A DNA stretch of 64,000 bases from Nitrosopumilus sp. (GTDB taxonomy: Archaea; Thermoproteota; Nitrososphaeria; Nitrososphaerales; Nitrosopumilaceae): NCBI GenBank assembly GCA_965197525.1, contig OZ240211.1, positions 1,728,001-1,792,000 of the forward strand, in the 5' to 3' direction. Both the position numbers and the translations under genes were made by a program. The notes below the pieces were generated by a model, which did not search any database, had not been told where the DNA came from, and saw only the letters and a list, made by a program, of their open reading frames with translations. Below, piece after piece: positions 39,317-48,713 of this stretch (the stretch's first letter is position 1; the number at the start of each line of letters is the position of its first letter).

Positions 39317-39865
39317 TTGGAATTCTTTGATTCTCTTCTAGTATGGATTGCAGATCTGCTAGGCTCCCACTTGTATGAGGGTATATTTCTTGCAGCCTTG
39401 CTTGAAACAGTCGTTACACCTATTCCGACTCTGGCAGTATTTCCTGCAGCTGGCTTTCTAGCATCTCAACAGGGGATCACTTTGCTTGGCGTCATACCTA
39501 TGATTATACTTGCTGCTACGGGTGCCACTATTGGAACTTCCATAAGTTATATCATTGCGTTAAAATTTGGACGACTTGTTTTACTACGTTATCTAAAATA
39601 TATCAAAGTATCTGAAAAAAAATTGGAACGAGTTGAGATTTGGTTTGCGAAATATGGTGATAAAGCAGTATTTTTAGGAAGGATGGTCCCATTAGTGAGA
39701 GAATTAATTTCGATTCCTGCCGGTCTATTAAAAATGAGATTCTTAAAATTTTTAATATACACTTTTGCAGGATCCTGTATTTGGTCTAGTATTACTATTT
39801 TATCCGGATATTATTTTGGTGAAGTACTGGGACTTGGCATGGAAATATCTAATACACTGACATAG
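39317..39865 (+). CDS. DedA-family membrane protein
   Basis: LETVVTPIP, AGFLA, FLGRMVPLVRELISIPAG. Confidence 0.92.
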   Translation: MEFFDSLLVWIADLLGSHLYEGIFLAALLETVVTPIPTLAVFPAAGFLASQQGITLLGVIPMIILAATGATIGTSISYIIALKFGRLVLLRYLKYIKVSEKKLERVEIWFAKYGDKAVFLGRMVPLVRELISIPAGLLKMRFLKFLIYTFAGSCIWSSITILSGYYFGEVLGLGMEISNTLT

Positions 39866-39889
39866 ACATAGGAGCCTTGTTTTTGTGTG

Positions 39890-40288
39890 CGGAATCCCGG
39901 TACCTTTGGAGTAAAGTTATGACGACGCAATGTGTCATGTATTCCAGATTCGGTGTATTTTACTCCTGAATCTTTTTTTATTTTATGTACAAGCTGCTTT
40001 GGGAAAATACTGTTTTTGACACCTACAAAAAAATTCTCTAATCTTGTGATTTACTATTTTTGTCGGGCGTCTGGATCTTGGTTTTTCATACAATCCTGCA
40101 AATTCAAATTCTTTAAATCACACAACTCCATTTTTAATTGCGTTGTAAGATTTGTAAAACATCTGTGCGATTGTTGAAATCGTTTTATCTTTCTTTACGA
40201 CATTTAACATTGCAAGCATCCGTTCTTTTGCTTTTGGGTTTAATTCCTTCTCGTATACATACATTAATTCCACATTCTGGTTTTCCAT
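39890..40288 (-). pseudogene. IS630-family transposase remnant (HTH part only, premature stop)
   Basis: MENQ...KAKERMLAML...IAQMFYKSYNAIKNGVV*FKEFEFAGLYEKPRSRRPTK...KKDSGVKYTESGIHDTLRRHNFTPKVP. TGA at 40118-40120; no DDE domain follows. Confidence 0.75.
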
Positions 40289-40631
40289 GATGGGCGATAA
40301 ATGTTTCAAGCTATAAATGTTTCTAGTGTTTTTGAAAATTGCAAAGACTTTTTGACTCCACTCTATGGAAAACGCCTCCCAACCTACAATTCACATCTGC
40401 ACGTTTTTTTGCCTCCTATGGGAGTCGTATGTGACACACTATACTGTTCTGACATTCAGATGGCGTATGATCGTATAGAATGATCTTCGTCTTAGTTTTA
40501 AACGTGTGATCTGCCAGATTCTCCATCTTACAGGTGTCTAAATTTCATCTACTTCTGAACTAACTGGAGAGGGTGTGAACTTTTTGTACAAGATAGAACT
40601 AAAACACGTGGCAAAATGACTGCCGAGATGT

Positions 40632-40886
40632 TTATCCATAGATGCGTCTTCTGTGGTCAACTTCTACCACAAAAATTATCATCTTTCCTTGCTGTAAATC
40701 CATAATGACCCTGTAACTTCCGACCCGCATTCTAAAAAATGCAGAATCTGCCAGCTTTCTTACGGCAGTAAACGGGTTGTCTGTTATTTCAAGAACACCT
40801 TCTCTTACCATTCGGGCCTGTTTTTTGTCTAATTTTTTTAGCTGCTTTACTGATCTCAAAGACCACAAGACATCCCAAGCCATCAT
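40632..40886 (-). CDS. RelE/ParE-family type II toxin
   Basis: KQLKKLD...VRKL....FRMRVGSYRVI....VDHRRRIY. Confidence 0.92.
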   Translation of the reverse strand: MMAWDVLWSLRSVKQLKKLDKKQARMVREGVLEITDNPFTAVRKLADSAFFRMRVGSYRVIMDLQQGKMIIFVVEVDHRRRIYG

Positions 40887-41116
40887 TATAGTCCTAGTTC
40901 TTTGTTTAGATGTGCAGTAGTATACACCCTGCCTGCCTTGATGTCTTTTATCCCATCTTCGATGTTTTTTATCGTCTTAGGGGAGAGATCATCATCATAA
41001 TCTCTTTTTTCTACCAGTCTTTGAATTATTTGATCAAATGTCTCATTTGGGTATATCTTTTGTTTTTCCAGGGCATCTTTTGTTCTTTTATTTAGCTGGA
41101 TTGTAGTTCTTACCAT
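40886..41116 (-). CDS. cognate antitoxin (RHH-like N-terminus)
   Basis: TTIQL...KDAL...K....ETFDQII.RL; acidic C-terminal half; overlaps the toxin start. Confidence 0.88.
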   Translation of the reverse strand: MVRTTIQLNKRTKDALEKQKIYPNETFDQIIQRLVEKRDYDDDLSPKTIKNIEDGIKDIKAGRVYTTAHLNKELGL

Positions 41117-41118
41117 GT

Positions 41119-41142
41119 TATACTATGGTATGCCATGGTATA
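41119..41142. promoter_or_regulatory. probable TA operator (imperfect palindrome)
   Basis: TATACTATGGTATGCCATGGTATA, 20/24 self-complementary, 2 nt upstream of the antitoxin ATG. Confidence 0.6.
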
Positions 41143-41390
41143 AAAATCATATGAGCGACTTCGTCTGTTGCATAATCATGCCTAAAACCTGACTGGTCTC
41201 ATCAATTTTTGCCATCAGGATCAGGTGCTGTACCACCAAAAGGCACTTGGATCAAGCACGCATTATGCCTATTGATGGTCTTAAAATATCATGTACAGAA
41301 ACTTGTGCACGTTGCTATATCCAACGATTTGTGTGTTCTATGATCCGGTATAGAAATATCTAAATCACTACTCATCTGATATTAGTCATC

Positions 41391-42674
41391 TTGGAACTAC
41401 CACGAGGCATGAAAGATTTTCAAGCAGACGAGAATGCAAACATTGCATATGTTCGCAGCCATTTCGAGCGGCTATCCATTCTGTATGGGTTCTCGTTTAT
41501 GGATCCCTCCCCAATTGAGTTATTGTCAACTCTGGAGACCAAGTCAGGTCCTGGAATCAGAGATGAAATATATTATTTCAAAGACAAAAAAGACCGAGAG
41601 GTAGCGCTACGTTTTGACTTTACGATGGGATTGACACGATATGTTGCTGCTCAAAAATCCCTAAAACTGCCTGCTAAAATATCAGCATTCGGCGGTGTGT
41701 TCCGATACGACGAACCACAAAAAGGCAGATATCGCTACTTTCATCAATGGAATCTTGAGGTATATGGAAAAAAGAGTCTAGAGACTGAAGCTGAGCTAGT
41801 GGAGATGACATCTCGATTATTTGATTCATTACAAATTAAAAATATCACAATTGACATCAATCACAGAAACCTTGTAGAGTCGTACATTAACCAAGTATTT
41901 GATTCAAAAGAGCCAGAGCTGGTAACAGATATTTTACGGGCAATAGACAAAATTGCAAAAAAATCAAAAAAAGATATTCTCGAAGAATTTCAAAAGAAAG
42001 GCTATGATGCAGAAAAACTAGAAAAAATTCTGGCATTCTCTCAGATACACGGAAGTATCTCAGATGTAGAAAGAATGTTCGATACGACACAGCTAGAGTC
42101 TTGGGATCATTTGCGCTCTCTTTTTGATTCCTTGAAGAATCGGCAGGTGTCCAATGTACGGATCAATTTTGGTATTGTACGCGGACTCGATTACTATTCT
42201 GGTATGGTCTTTGAAGTCTTTGAGAATGGCTCTACACTTGGTGCCTTAGCAGGTGGAGGCAGATATGATTCACTGACCAAGGCATTTGACAGAGATGATA
42301 TCAGTGCTGCAGGAGTTGCAGGTGGTGTAGAGAGAATGATTCTTACAATGCAAGAGCAAAAAGTCATTCCAGATACAATGCTAAGACGTGTTGCAGTGTT
42401 GTATGTTAACGAAGAGATGCAAAAAATTGCGCATTCTATTGCATCTGTACTTCGACTACATGGTATCCCCGCTGATATTGACCTGGCAGGACGTAGTATG
42501 AAAAAACAGATGGATATTGCATCTGATGCGCACATGTCAATCATTGTAGGTCCTCAAGAAGTTCAGCATGGAAATGTATTACTACGAGATATGAATAATA
42601 GAACTGAAAGCCCTGTATCATTAAAACAGCTGACAGATGATCCGAGCACCGTTCTTAATTTAAAAAGGCTCTAG
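41391..42674 (+). CDS. hisS: histidyl-tRNA synthetase
   Basis: PRGMKDF, LRFDFT, FRYDEPQKGRYRYFHQ, VRGLDYYSG, GGGRYD. Confidence 0.97.
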   Translation: MELPRGMKDFQADENANIAYVRSHFERLSILYGFSFMDPSPIELLSTLETKSGPGIRDEIYYFKDKKDREVALRFDFTMGLTRYVAAQKSLKLPAKISAFGGVFRYDEPQKGRYRYFHQWNLEVYGKKSLETEAELVEMTSRLFDSLQIKNITIDINHRNLVESYINQVFDSKEPELVTDILRAIDKIAKKSKKDILEEFQKKGYDAEKLEKILAFSQIHGSISDVERMFDTTQLESWDHLRSLFDSLKNRQVSNVRINFGIVRGLDYYSGMVFEVFENGSTLGALAGGGRYDSLTKAFDRDDISAAGVAGGVERMILTMQEQKVIPDTMLRRVAVLYVNEEMQKIAHSIASVLRLHGIPADIDLAGRSMKKQMDIASDAHMSIIVGPQEVQHGNVLLRDMNNRTESPVSLKQLTDDPSTVLNLKRL

Positions 42675-43320
42675 TTAACATCATGATTTCAGGACCTGTA
42701 GTAAGTGAACCTACTACCAAATTATGATTATTTGCTAATATTCCTGATGACACATACGGAATTCCATTGTTAATTGAACTTTGCTCTATCTGTACATCCA
42801 ATAAATTTGCAATAACCTTCATATCTTCCTCGTCTGCCTCTGGATGAATTGCAGCACCCCTGTTATTTGCAACTAGAACCACACCTGTCTGGTTAAACCC
42901 TGCAATCTTTTTTTGAATTACCTCTACTCCTAATACATCTGATATGTTCTGACAATCTTGCTTTGATAACCACGGTGATACAACTGCTCCTTTGTCATTT
43001 GCACATATTACATTTCCCAATGCATTAAATTTGGTGTCCAGCACTCCGATCTCTAAATCTGTTGACTTTTTTAAATAATCATATTCGTTTTGATACGCAG
43101 TGGTAGGCAGTAAAATTCCCTTGTTGTTCATTACAGATAACGCACCAATTAATCGTGTGTTGGCAATTGCTATATAATGAATATCTACCTCAAGGTATTC
43201 TGCCAGCTTGTCTGCCTTGGTCTCTGCAAAGCCCATCGGTACAAGCCCTATGGTATCGTTGACACTTATGTATACCCCAAGATTTGGTCCTCGATACACG
43301 TCGTATTTGATAATATCCAT
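42655..43320 (-). CDS. eif6: translation initiation factor aIF6
   Basis: GPNLGVY..VND, ALGNVICANDKGA, SSGILANN...VGSLTTGPE. Confidence 0.95.
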   Translation of the reverse strand: MDIIKYDVYRGPNLGVYISVNDTIGLVPMGFAETKADKLAEYLEVDIHYIAIANTRLIGALSVMNNKGILLPTTAYQNEYDYLKKSTDLEIGVLDTKFNALGNVICANDKGAVVSPWLSKQDCQNISDVLGVEVIQKKIAGFNQTGVVLVANNRGAAIHPEADEEDMKVIANLLDVQIEQSSINNGIPYVSSGILANNHNLVVGSLTTGPEIMMLTRAFLN

Positions 43321-43433
43321 ACCATGAATCATAATCCTTTAGCGTTATGAACGTAAGGGATGTGTTGTCTCTACTAATGATGTATCAATATAATATAGAT
43401 ACGACACTGCCTAACTTTAAATAATAACACTGA

Positions 43434-43955
<522 letters not shown>

Positions 43956-44070
43956 TGAAACGACCTCTAATCTAGAGAAATTTTTACCATCTTTATTTTT
44001 TACCTTGTCTTTTACTTTAGTCTCAACTAATTTTCTCTAGATTTAAATAATATTCGAAAATAAGTAAGCC

Positions 44071-44616
44071 ATGGTAGATCTAGTAATACCTGAAGATTTT
44101 TGTCAGCATGACGATCCTAAAGGAAAGACAAGCCACTCCGATGGCGAGAATTTCCATTATATCTGGGGTGACGGAAATCCTGAAGGTGCAGCATTCTCAA
44201 ATGAAGATGTAAAGGCAGCCTATGAAGAAAGAGGCGAAGAACAAGTTCCTCTTGGTATTCACGGCACTACAGTTGCCGTCGACTGGGATTCATGCGTTGC
44301 AGCTGGTTCATGTATGAGTGTATGCCCTGTTCAGACATTCCAATGGTTCAGAACCGAAAAAGATATTCCTGCAGCAGATTGTATGGGGGAGACTTTTGAT
44401 GGTACTGGCTTGACAGAACAAGACGAAAGATTAGATTATACAGACAAATCACAACCAATCAGAGAACACGATTGTACTGTTTGTATGGCTTGTCAAGAAA
44501 TCTGTCCTGAAGGAGCTATTCTTATTGAATCAGCCAACCAGGAATGGCACGAGAAAGCAGCCGGAACATATGTACTTATGCCATCTGGTTCTTCAAATCC
44601 ACACGCACACGATTAA
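44071..44616 (+). CDS. dicluster ferredoxin, tandem paralogue
   Basis: CVAAGSCMSVCP and CTVCMACQEICP; shares [19 protein letters not shown] with the upstream gene. Confidence 0.93.
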   Translation: MVDLVIPEDFCQHDDPKGKTSHSDGENFHYIWGDGNPEGAAFSNEDVKAAYEERGEEQVPLGIHGTTVAVDWDSCVAAGSCMSVCPVQTFQWFRTEKDIPAADCMGETFDGTGLTEQDERLDYTDKSQPIREHDCTVCMACQEICPEGAILIESANQEWHEKAAGTYVLMPSGSSNPHAHD

Positions 44617-44689
44617 AGAATTTTTTCTTTTTTCTCATTTTTTTGTTCCATGTCAACAAATTTTAATCACATCATTATCCAGTAATATT

Positions 44690-44773
44690 GCAGAGGTCGC
44701 CTAGCTCGGTAGGGCGCGGGCCTTGAGAGCCTGTGTGCGCAAGCATACGGGGGTTCAAATCCCTCTCTCTGCG
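44690..44773 (+). tRNA. tRNA-Ser(TGA)
   Basis: GCAGAGG/TCTCTGC-G; anticodon arm CGGGC-CTTGAGA-GCCTG; long variable arm. Confidence 0.95.
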
Positions 44774-44774
44774 T

Positions 44775-45728
44775 TTAATCTTTAATATTTGCAATCTCAG
44801 CTAACATTGCAGATAACTGAATCTCGTAGTTTGCGCCAACTAAAATTCTATAGTCATACTTTGCAATTACTTGGAGCATATCTGACGTCCTGTTATCTTT
44901 TAGTTTGAAAACTGCCGCATTAACATACTTGAGAAAATCAGATTCTGACATTCCATACACTCTGATTAATTCTATCATCTTCTCTCTTGCATCTGATACC
45001 TTTCCTTCTAGCGCCATCTTGAGAATATTGTCCACATCACCGGTCTTTGTCAATCCAGCTGACGCTTGTACATTTGCTTGTGTAATTTCACCAAGACTTG
45101 CCACTGCCTGCATCAGGTTAATTGCATGCCTTAGATCACCTTGGGAGTAGTTGTAGACTGCCTTCATACCCTTCTTGTCAAATTTTACCTTTTCTTTTTT
45201 GGCAATAGTCTCTAATCTGCTAATGACGTCCTCTTCTGAAATTGATGTAAATTTGAATGTGGCACATCTGCTCTGGATGGGGTCGATAATCTTTGCTATA
45301 TTATTTGCAATAAAGATAAATCTGCAGATTTTTGCAGTATCCTCTATTATCCGTCTTAGGGCAGTCTGTGCATCTGATGTCATCTCATCTGCCTCATCTA
45401 AAATAATTATCTTGAATGGAATTTTACTCATTCCTGCAAACCTTGAGAATTTTTTTACCTTTTCTCTGACCATTCCAATTCCTCTGTCATCTGATGCGTT
45501 CAGTTCCAGTGTGTAATCTCGTGCGTGCTCGCCTAAAATCTGTCTAGTTATACATAATGCAGTGGTGGTTTTTCCTACTCCTGCAGAACCTGAGAACATC
45601 AGATGTGGCATATCTGATGGGTCTTTGATTAGAGCCTCCAAACTACCAATTATCTCTCCTTGGTTTACAACGTCTGCAAGTTTCTGTGGTCTGTACTTTT
45701 CTACCCACATACCTGTCTTAACTGACAT
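44775..45728 (-). CDS. rfcS: replication factor C small subunit
   Basis: WVEKYRP, GSAGVGKTT, ELNASDDRGI, IILDEADEM, IQSRC; no intein. Confidence 0.97.
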   Translation of the reverse strand: MSVKTGMWVEKYRPQKLADVVNQGEIIGSLEALIKDPSDMPHLMFSGSAGVGKTTTALCITRQILGEHARDYTLELNASDDRGIGMVREKVKKFSRFAGMSKIPFKIIILDEADEMTSDAQTALRRIIEDTAKICRFIFIANNIAKIIDPIQSRCATFKFTSISEEDVISRLETIAKKEKVKFDKKGMKAVYNYSQGDLRHAINLMQAVASLGEITQANVQASAGLTKTGDVDNILKMALEGKVSDAREKMIELIRVYGMSESDFLKYVNAAVFKLKDNRTSDMLQVIAKYDYRILVGANYEIQLSAMLAEIANIKD

Positions 45729-46099
45729 GTTTTTCTAGGTATACTACCCATTAATAAATCCGAATTGGGTATTTGCCATGTAAAATAACAATCTCAAATT
45801 CGTCTTCTTGTAATGATCCTTTCTTGCTTTGTTTTTTCATGCTGTTGCTGCTGTTTCAAGGTTTTTTTACACCTCGCACAAATCTGAATTTTAACTTGGT
45901 AGTGGCAGATGCCTTTTTGCAAATCCTTTATGTTACCGTATAGCATTGTACCGTATAGTACGGTACCTTTATAGTATATGTTGGTATAATAAAGTTATGA
46001 CATCCGCTATAACTTTTGATATTCAAATTCAAAATTACCTAGTAGTTTGTTTACTAAAATTGATTGTGTCGTTGTTTTATTCATCACAGGAAATAGACC

Positions 46100-46633
46100 A
46101 TGGATATTGAGAAGACAGAAAAGATCCATTCTATTGGATATCACCTAAAGGATGCCAAAGTTACAGTTAATCAGGATTTCAAATACGATGTTGCAGGAAC
46201 AAAGATTGAGGGCAAACAAGGTGAGGTAAATAATATGCCTCAATGGATAGGCAAAATTCTCCATGATAATAATCTAGGGGTATTATCATCGCCTGACATG
46301 ATAACTGAATTAAAACAAGCACTGCAAAAAGAAAAGATGGTAGGCGAATACCAAATATCTACACTTGATCCACATTTTTACATCAAGCTGCGAGAGACCC
46401 TAAAAGAACTACATCGTGATGATTTTGATAAAGTTGAAAGTATGATGTTAGAGCTCTTTCGAATGCGAAGAGGTAAACTAGTAAAGCTGGCAGATACCCT
46501 TAAACTAAATTCCGAGTTGTACAGGAAACTAACTGTTGAGGAGAGTATATTTTACAAAACAATGCATGATAACAGTACAGAATTTGAAAAACAAATAAGA
46601 GGAGATCTAAATGAGCACCGTTCAAGTAAGTGA
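46100..46633 (+). CDS. GINS subunit (Gins23-like)
   Basis: Directly upstream of and overlapping mcm; MPQWIGKIL, LDPHFY, FRMRRGKL. Confidence 0.75.
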   Translation: MDIEKTEKIHSIGYHLKDAKVTVNQDFKYDVAGTKIEGKQGEVNNMPQWIGKILHDNNLGVLSSPDMITELKQALQKEKMVGEYQISTLDPHFYIKLRETLKELHRDDFDKVESMMLELFRMRRGKLVKLADTLKLNSELYRKLTVEESIFYKTMHDNSTEFEKQIRGDLNEHRSSK

Positions 46634-48713
46634 CAACAACAACAATAACTTTACTGATTCTGCATTATCTGATAGAGTAAAAGAGTTTCTTACCAGATTC
46701 AAAGACAAAGACGGTAACTACAAGTATGTGGATGCAATCGATAGGATGATGCCAAATAATGCAAAATTCATCATTGTTGATTACAACGATCTAATCATAG
46801 AACCACAAATTGAGACTATATTTTCTGAAGATCCTGATAGAATGTTCAATGCTTTCTCAAGGGCAATCAAAGAAGCGTTGCAGATTCGATTTCCTGACTA
46901 TGCCAAAAAGGTCAAAGACGAGATTCGTGTAAGATTAATCAACTTTCCACTAGAGCGTAGTTTGCGGCAAATAACTGCTGATACTATAGGCCACATCACT
47001 AGTGTTTCAGGAATGGTAGTCAGGGCATCAGAGGTAAAACCACTTGCAAAGGAACTGATCTATGTATGTCCTGATCAACATCCGACCAAAGTTGTTCAGA
47101 TCAAAGGCATGGATGTAAAAATCCCATTAATCTGTGATAATCCTAACTGTAAGCACAGGGATTTTGAATTAAAACCAGAGGCAAGCAAGTTTATCGACTT
47201 TCAAATACTCAGATTGCAAGAACTGCCTGAAGACTTGCCTCCTGGACAACTGCCTCATTATATCGATGTTACAATAAGACAGGACTTGGTTGATAACTCT
47301 AGGCCTGGTGATAGAATCATTCTTACAGGCGTGGTACGAGTAGAGCAAGAGTCAGTCCAAGGAGTTCAACGAGGCCATAGTGGGTTATATCGATTAAGGA
47401 TTGAGGGGAACAATATCGAATTTCTTAGTGGACGTGGCCTGAAGACTGGTAAAAAGATAGGCAGAGAGGAGATCTCACCTGAAGAAGAGAAAGCAATTCG
47501 TACTCTGGCTCAAAGTCCAGAGGTCTATCAAAAACTAGTTGACTCATTTGCTCCTCACATCAGAGGCCAAGAACTTATCAAAGAATCAATCTTGTTACTG
47601 ATTGTTGGCTCAAATCAGAGACTGCTGGGTGACGGCAGCAAGATTCGAGGTGATATCAACATATTTCTAGTAGGAGATCCCGGTACTGCAAAAAGTGAGA
47701 TGCTGAAATTCTGTGCAAGAATTGCTCCTCGAGGTTTGTACACTTCTGGTAGGGGTTCGACTGCAGCCGGACTGACTGCTGCTGTGGTTCGAGACAAAAC
47801 AGGAATTATGATGCTTGAGGCAGGTGCAGTAGTGTTAGGCGATCAAGGTCTAGTAAGTATAGATGAATTTGACAAGATGAAACCAGAAGACAGAAGTGCA
47901 CTCCATGAAGTTATGGAGCAACAGTCAGCTAGTATTGCAAAAGGAGGCATCGTGGCCACTCTGAATGCACGAACATCCATTTTAGCAGCTGCCAATCCGA
48001 TGTATGGAAAATATGATCCGTTTAAAAATATCACAGAGAATGTAAATCTGCCAATTCCACTGCTTACGAGATTTGACTTGATCTTTGTTGTCAGAGATAT
48101 TCCCTCCAGAGAGAAGGATGAGAACATTGCAAGACACATAATAGCACTACACACACCTCAAGGCACCGACAGAAAATCCATAATCGATATAGATATGCTA
48201 ACCAAATATCTTGCATACGCAAAACGTTCTACTCCTTCATTGACCAAAGAAGCTGAAGAGAAGATATTGGATTATTATTTGAAGATGAGAAAGGTTGATG
48301 AAGAATCAATGATTACAGTTACCCCTAGACAGTTAGAGGGAATAATTCGTCTATCCACTGCAAGGGCACGATTACTGATGAAAGACAAAGTCGAAGAAGA
48401 GGATGCAGAGCGCGCAATATTCCTAATTCAAAGCATGCTCAATGATGCTGGTGTTGATGTTAATACTGGAAAAGTTGATCTCGGAGTATTACAAGGAAGA
48501 CCACACAGTGAGGTCACAAAGATACAGCTATTCATGAATATCCTCCAAGGCCTTGAAGGAGATCACAAGGCACCGGTAGATGAGAAAGTACTTGTAAAAG
48601 AACTTGTAAAGAGCGAAAAATTCACAGAGGACCAAGCTCGTGAATACATTAGGCGAATTCATAAAGACGGAACTATTTATGAGTCAAAACCAAACCACTA
48701 TAACAGAACATGA
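46611..48713 (+). CDS. mcm: MCM replicative helicase
   Basis: GDPGTAKS, IDEFDKM, SILAAANP, LLTRFDL, TPRQLEG; no intein. Confidence 0.98.
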   Translation: MSTVQVSDNNNNNFTDSALSDRVKEFLTRFKDKDGNYKYVDAIDRMMPNNAKFIIVDYNDLIIEPQIETIFSEDPDRMFNAFSRAIKEALQIRFPDYAKKVKDEIRVRLINFPLERSLRQITADTIGHITSVSGMVVRASEVKPLAKELIYVCPDQHPTKVVQIKGMDVKIPLICDNPNCKHRDFELKPEASKFIDFQILRLQELPEDLPPGQLPHYIDVTIRQDLVDNSRPGDRIILTGVVRVEQESVQGVQRGHSGLYRLRIEGNNIEFLSGRGLKTGKKIGREEISPEEEKAIRTLAQSPEVYQKLVDSFAPHIRGQELIKESILLLIVGSNQRLLGDGSKIRGDINIFLVGDPGTAKSEMLKFCARIAPRGLYTSGRGSTAAGLTAAVVRDKTGIMMLEAGAVVLGDQGLVSIDEFDKMKPEDRSALHEVMEQQSASIAKGGIVATLNARTSILAAANPMYGKYDPFKNITENVNLPIPLLTRFDLIFVVRDIPSREKDENIARHIIALHTPQGTDRKSIIDIDMLTKYLAYAKRSTPSLTKEAEEKILDYYLKMRKVDEESMITVTPRQLEGIIRLSTARARLLMKDKVEEEDAERAIFLIQSMLNDAGVDVNTGKVDLGVLQGRPHSEVTKIQLFMNILQGLEGDHKAPVDEKVLVKELVKSEKFTEDQAREYIRRIHKDGTIYESKPNHYNRT

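Noticed and set aside
40565-40600. Possible solo IS481-like inverted repeat (GAGGGTGTGAACTTTTTGTACA)
   Set aside because: Only patchy similarity to the 4782-4810 IR, with no partner end and no TSD.
45729-46099. Replication origin between rfcS and gins-mcm
   Set aside because: No recognisable ORB elements and no cdc6/orc1 nearby; only the palindrome is reported.
44775-48713. Inteins in RFC-S or MCM
   Set aside because: Both proteins have normal length and uninterrupted Walker motifs.
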